From NCBI GenBank assembly GCA_013115145.1, contig JAAPAO010000209.1:1-52443 (forward strand): 52,443 bases of DNA, given 5' to 3'. Every line of letters starts with the position of its first letter. The first letter of the stretch is position 1. Under the pieces are notes generated by a model. It saw only the letters and a list, made by a program, of their open reading frames with translations. It was not told the DNA's origin and ran no database searches. The stretch comes from Perkinsus chesapeaki ATCC PRA-425 (taxonomy: Eukaryota > Protista > Perkinsozoa). The position numbers and the translations under genes were made by a program. Below, one piece after another: positions 45,217 through 52,443 of the stretch.

Positions 45217-47791
45217 ATGGCCTCAACAGCTACATTGACGGTCCTCGATACGATATCGCAGTTTTATATATTATCTCCTAGAGGAGACACCATTATCACA
45301 AGGGATTGTAATACAGGGATCTTAGGTTGGACCGTGCATGATACGGAAGGGCTTGAGCTTGAGTAGCAGACTGGAGTGAGGCATCGTTCATTTCTCTTCA
45401 GTTCGCAGCGATATCGTTAAAGGCACTGCGGAGATTTTCTTCCGGAAAGCGAAATTTTGGAACGGTGGCGAGCCGCCCCCGATCTTCGTAATGAATTTGA
45501 GCCGAGGATCTCAAGTTGACCTATTTTTTATCTTTCCAGAATCTAGATGGGATATCTTACATCTATGTCAAGAGGTCTGGTCTCTACTTCGTCCTCACCA
45601 CCCAGTCGAATGTGAGCCCCATGTGGGCAATAGAGCTTCTCAACAACATGATAAAGGTCGCAGGTTCCATCCCAGGAGGCGGCATAGTCGTTTTTACTGC
45701 TAGGTCATTAAGGACTACTGCGGAGTGCTGAACGAGGAATCGCTGCGGAAGAATTTTGTATTGGTTTACGAAATTCTGGATGAGATGATCGATTTTGGCA
45801 TACCGCAGACGACCAACACGGAGGTACACAGAGCGCGGTTTTCAGGGGTAGATAGCCGCTTTTTAAAGGTGCTGCGAAACTGCGTTCACAACGAGGCTAT
45901 TATGGTATCGGAGAGCCCCGGAACGGCAACAGGAGGAGGGATACTGTCATCCCTTCCAACCTTCAATGGAAGCCGGACGATGCCCTCAACAGCGGTAAGA
46001 TACTTATGAGGTTGACTCGATGACCTAGGAGGAATCTGTATTCTAGGTTCACCGTCCGATCGGTCCGGTGGCCCAACACGTTCCTCAAGCGGCCCCTCAA
46101 GTGCCAGTGTCAGCCGCCAACTCTACTATTGCAGCTGCCCAGAGTGTCGCATCCTCAGTAGGCATTCGAGACGGCTGATGTGCAATCCAGATGTGTTAGG
46201 TTCTTTCCACGGCGACCTCTGCAGTGTCCAGTATGGCTGCTGGACACATGCCCGGGAAGGCTTCCGCTGGGGAACAGAAAAACGAGATTTTTGTGGATAT
46301 ACTAGAGCGCCTAACAGTAAGAGAAAGGGTGGCTATATAACATATATGATAGTCCGCACAACAAGACATATTATAATAGTCCAGTGTTTTATTTCAGGTA
46401 TTAATGAACGCTCAAGGGCAGGTCTTGAACAGCAGCATCGATGGTTCCATCCAGATGAAATCGTAATAACATCCTCCTCGGACTTCAGAAGTATATTTCT
46501 TTACATTTGTGACATTTAATAAATCCTTGCTATCAATTGTCATTTCAGGTATCTCTCTGGTAACCCTGAGCTTCGGCTTGCCCTCAATGACGACCTCGAA
46601 ATCCTTAGTCAGCCTAGGGAGACCGCACCCATGCCGAACTATGGTGGGGGACCGCAACAGGCGGTGATACCTCTGGATGATTGTAATAGGGACGGCTAGA
46701 GGTGTCAGTAAAGTTCTTCCACATAGGTACTTTCCATCCAAGAGTTGATCTCACAGACTTTGACTCTCAACGAATTCTCTCGTTCGTGCCGCCGGATGGA
46801 GAGTTCAGCGTGATGAACTATCGCATCAATTCGGGTACGTCGGCAGGTTCCTTGGTTATCTCCTCACGACACCTTCCAGAATTCCGCCCGCCTTTCCGCG
46901 TGACGCCGTTTGTTGATTCGGTGTCACAGTATAAGATAGAGCTGGTAGTGAAGCTGCGAGCGGAGGTAAGCCCAGTTCGTGGACTCCGGTGTAGTTTTTT
47001 ATGGATAGGTACCGGAGTCGAATTATGGCGGTAATATCCAGATGGTCATACCGACTCCCCCTGGAACTGCATCTATCAACTGTGACATGACCGCTGTTGG
47101 AGGTAAGCTTTCACGTAGAGTTGGTTGACAGTAGCTTACGGATTTTACGCGCCCGCAGCTTTAGTAGATCGTCTTGGTTGTAAGATCGAACTTGCTATAT
47201 CTGCATCTTTAGCAGTACTTCCCCTATCTGTATCGGTGGTGGGTCGGTATAATGTTCTCTTAGGTGTGTTCGTGGCTTCGGGCCCTCGAGGGATGCAGAA
47301 GCCTCCACCGGTGCAGCAGAGTGCGGACTTTGTGGAGTCGGAGCGAAAGCTATACTGGAATATTAAGAAGCTCCAAGGTGGCCACGAATGTAATATCCGC
47401 TTTTAACGTAGTCCGTAGAGGTAAGAGCCTTCTTCACAGGCACTCTCCGGGCGCGTTTGAATTTCGCTCAACCAGTAAGTGGCAAGCCTAGGATCGGCCC
47501 TCTTTCCCTCACGTTTGAAGTACCTATGTACGTAGTCAGCGGAATTCAGGTTAAGTAAGATCATTCTCTTCACGATAGTTCCCAAGATGTAATTCTGTCA
47601 GATACCTCCGAATAGCAGATCGTTATCAGAGTTTGCCGTACGGCACAATACAGGCACCCCAGGGCGGGCAGGGCAACCCGTAAGGACGTTAACTGTGCAT
47701 CGCTCCGCCGAAATTTGGTTGCATTTTTATCAGGTATCGGTGGGTACGGTATGTGACTCAGAGCCAGAGCTATGTGATCAGAATGGATTGA
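45217..47791 (+). CDS. AP4M1: AP-4 adaptor complex mu subunit, multi-exon
   Basis: ISQFYILSPRGDTII...AEIFFRKAKFW...PPIF..DGISY...SPMWAIELL...IKDYCGVLNEESLRKNFVLVYEILDEMIDFG; ends RWVRYVTQSQSYV. Confidence 0.92.
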
Positions 47792-47977
47792 TTGTCGACG
47801 GCGTTGGTTGGATGCTGACCTCCACGCACGTGTTTGATACTCCCTCGAAGAGGGCCTCCTTGTACCGTCTCCAGCTTACTACAGTTTCTACCCTTTTTGC
47901 ACGTTCTAGTTGATACCGCTCTTTTCTGTGATCGTAATTATTTCTGTTAGCTATTTATTTAACTAAATACCTGAATA

Positions 47978-50613
47978 ATGACGGAGACTCCCGAGAAAGT
48001 GACAATTCACGCTGAGGCTCCAGCGGAAATCCCGACTTCTACAGCGATCGATCCTCTGAGCACGCTCTCAGTTGAGGACGTGCTTGGCCATGAACCCGAG
48101 GAGAGCAGCAGCCCGAAGTGGTCCGACGTCAAAAGGGAGAAAATGATGCCCAGTGGAGGGATCAAGCAGTCGACTAGCACGCCTGGGCTACCGGTTGCGG
48201 AACAGTCCTTCACTGGAGCCCCATCACTGAATACGTCGGAGTCGTCGGCCAGTTGCACTACTGAAGATATCGGCGTTGGAGATGTTAGTGTATACGGTAA
48301 GAATGCTTCGCTCCGCTTGAAAAATGGTGCATGTTAGCATTTTTCAGGTCCTTCTTCCGATGCAAGCATTTGCACTTTGGGTGGTGGAAAGCCTTTAAAG
48401 AACAAGAGTTCTTGGGGAGAAGCATTATCGGCTGTAACAATCGGACCCAGAGCTGCCGGAACAATGCTCAAGGTAGTATCCTTCGACTCTTCCCTCGGAC
48501 GCTCTCGCGTGACTACTTCATACGGCGTAGAGTGGATTTCCTGTCCTTAAAAATGGAACATGTCCTCAAGGCGTGCGTATCTAAGCTCAACGGCTGCTCG
48601 CCTCGCAGTAAAGTGCTTTAGTGGAGATTCATTGGCTTCGCCTTGGCTGTGAGATTCATCTTGGACAGAGAGCTCTGCATGATCCCCCGTTCGCTCTGTG
48701 ACGATATCTCTTCAGGTTCCGCTCCGTCGTTTTATACGTCACCCTAAAAGGAAGTCGTGGAACTCCAATATGGAATCGTAAGCTGCAACCTTACCCGCCG
48801 GAAGGAACCGTTGTCTGCGGTAGGTACATCAGCGCCCTGCGTTCCGTGGGAAAGCATCTGTCGGGGATGAGCGTGAAGCGCGTGAGGAAGCTCGCCGAGA
48901 AGCCCTTGCCGAACATGATGTTGCCTAAAGGAGTGGTAGGCTCAATTGGCTTGATTTGATATTTTCTTACCATTCATCTGTTCAGTTCCGCTTCTCCCAA
49001 ACTTTGAGAATCGATGGTCACCAGGAACCCCTCCAATTGAGTAGGAATCGCTTGTGGTTTTTCTAAGTTGTCACGACAGTGTTTTTGCTCAGCCTGGATG
49101 TGGCCAAACGAAATCACTCCCAAGAGGCCCCCGGAGCTCGCCGTCCAAAAAATAGGACCCAGCATCAGTGTGTTGAAGGAGAACCCTGTTATACTGTAGG
49201 ACTTCACATTTTCTGACACCTCTAGCTATTCTCTTCAGATACGTTCCCGGAACTCCGTTCTGCGTGTGGGGTAATGGCGTTCACCGTCATATGCTCTATC
49301 TGTTGGCCAAGAGGGCGAAAGCTATAGTGTAGGAATTGCATCTGCCAACCGTGGAGCTATCTACAAATTCAGGTGCTGTATTTCTAACAACTGTTTGCCG
49401 CCGGCATGTTCATTGGAGGAAGGAGTCTCCGACGTCAAAGCGATGTAGGGCAGCCGCAATTTCTCAAATGGTTTCGGATTGGTTTGGTGCAGGTACAAGC
49501 ATTTGATTAACGATATCGGTGTGGAACCAGGCTACGTCTCTATCGCCGGTGACTCTCTGGGCGCTGGAATGGCTACTCTGGCATTAGTCTCTCTCAGAGA
49601 CGAAGGGGTAGGGTCGGTAGCTAGAGGTGTCAGAAACAAGTTCATGCTGTATTAGGTGCCATTGCCGAGCAGTGTGTGCTTGTTGTCGCCAATCACGGAC
49701 CTGGCAGACCAAGTTGACACCGACTCCGACGATATCAGTTCTTCGACCACTCCCGAAGAGGAAGGCAAAATTGTCGATGATAGCAGCGCTGAGAAGTCGG
49801 CTGAGGAAGAGGAGGCTGGCAAGAGCGACAAGGCTGACGAGGAGAAGGAGACCGGCGGCCTTGGCGAGAGCGCGGTGACCAAGCCTGTTGAGGACCAGAC
49901 GGAGACCAAGCCTCAGGAGACAGAGGAGCCTAAGGAATCCAAATCAGAGAGTTCTAAGGCAAACGGTGATGACAAGTCCAAGTCCGATAGTGAGGGTGCT
50001 GCTGAGAAGCCGGCCGAGACTGCCACCCCCGCCCCTGCCCCTGCTCCTGTCCACGAGCCCGTCGAGGAGGAGAAGAGAGAATGTGTTGATTACGTCCAGC
50101 GCGACTTGGTAAGAGACTGTCTGAGGAAACAAGACAATTTTTCTCAGATATCGAGCATTGCTCAATATTCTATCGGTAATTGCTGCCCTAACTCTCCCGA
50201 GGTTTCGCCTTACTACGCCGACCTTAGCGGGCTGCCCAACATGCTGGTAGGAGGAACCGTGCTTTCTGTTTTCTGAGTCGACTGGGGGATTTGCGGATTG
50301 TTTCAGATCCAAGCTGGCCAGGACGAGTTGTTCCTGCCGCAGATCGAGCGATTCGCTGCGAAGGTGTCTGCTATGAAGAGCCCCGATACACACTTTCAGT
50401 TCCAAGAGTATGAAGAGATGGTGAGTGTCACGCGCCACGTAATTAGTTCTAAGCCAATTGTCTGGCCAGGTCCACTGTTTCCCGTTATTCTCTTTCTGCA
50501 CGGATGAGACTGAGGCGCCTCGTCGGGCTTTGGGGACCATGGGAGCTTTCGTAGGCCATCCAATTGACAGTTATCTCGATAACAGCCCTTCTTCAGGTTC
50601 AAGAGAGCATTAA
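47978..50613 (+). CDS. HSL-family (GDXG) alpha/beta hydrolase, atypical
   Basis: AGDSLGAGMATLALVSLRDEG..PLPSSVCLLSPITDL; ADLSGLP...QAGQDE; EEMVHCF. The N-terminal exons are less certain. Confidence 0.8.
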
Positions 50614-51457
50614 GCCCATTGGAATCAACACCGATTCGTCGAACCCTTTGGCTTAGTGCGTGGTGTGCTGTTATTGTTTATTATACCCTTCTGTGGCCTC
50701 TTGACGATATTGTCTATCTAACCTAATGCTGTATAAGCATTGTCTCCTCTCCCAGCAAACCTGTGCCTATAGTGCTCTATCGTAGGTTACTGTTATCTCT
50801 TGTCTAGGATGCTGTCGAATTTGTATAAGTCTCTCTGTTTTGTGGAATATAACTAATCTGCAGACGACGAGGACCATCACCATTATTTTGGAAGCTATCA
50901 GCAATTCCTTTATTGTTCCTTCAGAGTTAAATATGTTTCGAGCGTTCAGTTTATGTTCGTCACGGTTCCTGGTGACCCCAATTTGATGATGCGTTGCGGA
51001 GGGAGCGGTGTGTGTCTGTTGTGATAGATCTTTTATTGTCTTTATGGGTGGGAAATTGTCCTGCTCCCCTATATGCGGCGGTAAATCTAAATCTAAGAAA
51101 GAGAAGCAGCCGAAGGTCATCAATGATCAAGTCGCATGTGATGTCTGCCATGCGGTACAAACGCTTCCGTGAGAAGGGGAAGGAGGGTTTTATGCCGTTC
51201 AAGTGAATTGGATTTCCTGTTTTCCTTGAACACGACTTGGGGTGTGGCGCACCACTTTAGGTCGTGGACTAACTCGGTGAAGTAGATGAAATGATTTATT
51301 TGTTACAGAATATTATGGCGCGCTAGAAATTTGCATCATTTATTCGCGTAGTTTTATTGAACCGACTTGCGCCCTCATTTGTAATATTTGTTCATTTCTC
51401 AGGCTTGGCGCTAACGTGTTTGTATGTTCAACGTGCCGTTCTGTAAATAGGGTCTAC

Positions 51458-52028
51458 ATGGTGTCAGGAGAGCGCAGGCTCAGCACAGTATCAGACCCAA
51501 CCGTGAGCCCAAAGACGGGAGTTCCAGTATTTATTTACCATACAGGTGATTTTGGATAATGTAACAGACGTGATGCCGGCGAGTAGTGAAGTCGCCACTA
51601 CAAGCATTTCCCCTTGCTCCGTGTGCCTCGATAACCCAGGAGATATGGTAGGCTGTAGCTTATGTCGCCACTGTTTGTGATGGTGCTTGATAGGTTATTT
51701 TACCCTGTGGCCACGCTGGGATTTGCCAGTCTTGCGCAGTCCATATTGCAAGTAACGAAGCTGTCGGGGGTAGTTGCTGCCCCAAATGCCGTACTGATAT
51801 CGAGCAACTTGTAGGGTACTTTACTCTGAAATTCTCCACAGTGTTTTTCCCAGGTGCGAATTGGTAAGCTGTATGATACGTCTATCCAGGGTTGTGAAGT
51901 TCCATTTTCGCGACGAAGGAAGTCTCCCCCTTCTGTGCCTCCGCCACTTGGGCTGGAGCAAGCCAAGGTAGGAATACAGATTCATCGGCTGCTTTCAGTC
52001 TCATTTTCAGGGAACTGCACAGTCATAG
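51458..52028 (+). CDS. RING-HC (C3HC4) protein; upstream exons may exist
   Basis: Spliced: CSVCLDNPGDMVILPCGHAGICQSCA...CPKCRTDI. Confidence 0.8.
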
Positions 52029-52365
52029 CTTCCGTTTAATGCATTGCTACATTCTGCGAAGACAACCCTATTCAATATGAACCGAGGGCGGCCCACCATA
52101 ATTTCACTACACCGCTTATACTATCTGAATCGATGCTCACTTTTTTATGTACTTGTAGTTGCGTTAGTGAGACTTCTAGCCACGATACCAGCATGTGGTA
52201 GACTAAGGTAACGCACGAAAAAAACTACGTAGAAACCATTGAATCAATGTCACAATATCATTGTTTAACAGACAGCCTTGGATACAATAATTCAAGCTGT
52301 TGGTATCCACCGCGGCGGTGCAAGAGGAGATACTCGTCAAAGTGCTAGTCGAGCGGGGCAACGTC

Positions 52366-52370
52366 AAAAA
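52366..52370 (-). terminator. Pol III T5 terminator of tRNA-Leu
   Basis: TTTTT immediately 3' of the discriminator base. Confidence 0.8.
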
Positions 52371-52443
52371 TGAGTGCTGTGGGGTTCGAACCCACGCGGA
52401 CCATGTCCAGTGGATCTTAAGTCCACCCCCTTAACCACTCGGG
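52371..52443 (-). tRNA. trnL-TAA: tRNA-Leu(TAA), 5' end cut by the window edge
   Basis: CCCGAGTGGTTAAGGG D-arm, GTGGA-CTTAAGA-TCCAC anticodon arm, long variable arm, GTGGG-TTCGAAC-CCCAC T-arm. Confidence 0.93.

Noticed and set aside
50767-51206. Separate gene from short ORFs on both strands
   Set aside because: No motif or consistent splice pattern. It may be 5' exons of the RING-HC gene, but this cannot be supported.

Overview
This is gene-dense eukaryotic DNA with many GT-AG introns of about 40-55 nt and one N-gap. The compact intron-rich architecture and secreted acidic/Thr-rich gene families suggest a Perkinsus-like alveolate (inference, not a database result). From left to right: (1) 1-9.6 kb is rearranged. 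It holds a structured ~270-nt ncRNA candidate, the 5' half of an LTR retrotransposon (164-bp LTR, PBS, gag, half a protease), and a ~5.7-kb imperfect palindrome whose arms each carry a chitinase (GH18)-like gene and a second damaged gene. (2) A RING-H2 gene and a SWEET transporter follow. (3) 15.7-39.4 kb is a tandem cluster of five co-oriented genes for predicted secreted proteins. They are built from a repeated Cys/'WG(G)' module, Thr-rich and acidic stalks and a shared C-terminal domain, and one intron holds a tRNA-Met. (4) Housekeeping genes come last: MPP6, RBM8A/Y14, NOP2, AP-4 mu, an atypical HSL-family hydrolase, a RING-HC gene and a tRNA-Leu cut by the window edge. All exon structures were spliced by eye; no searches or folding programs were run.
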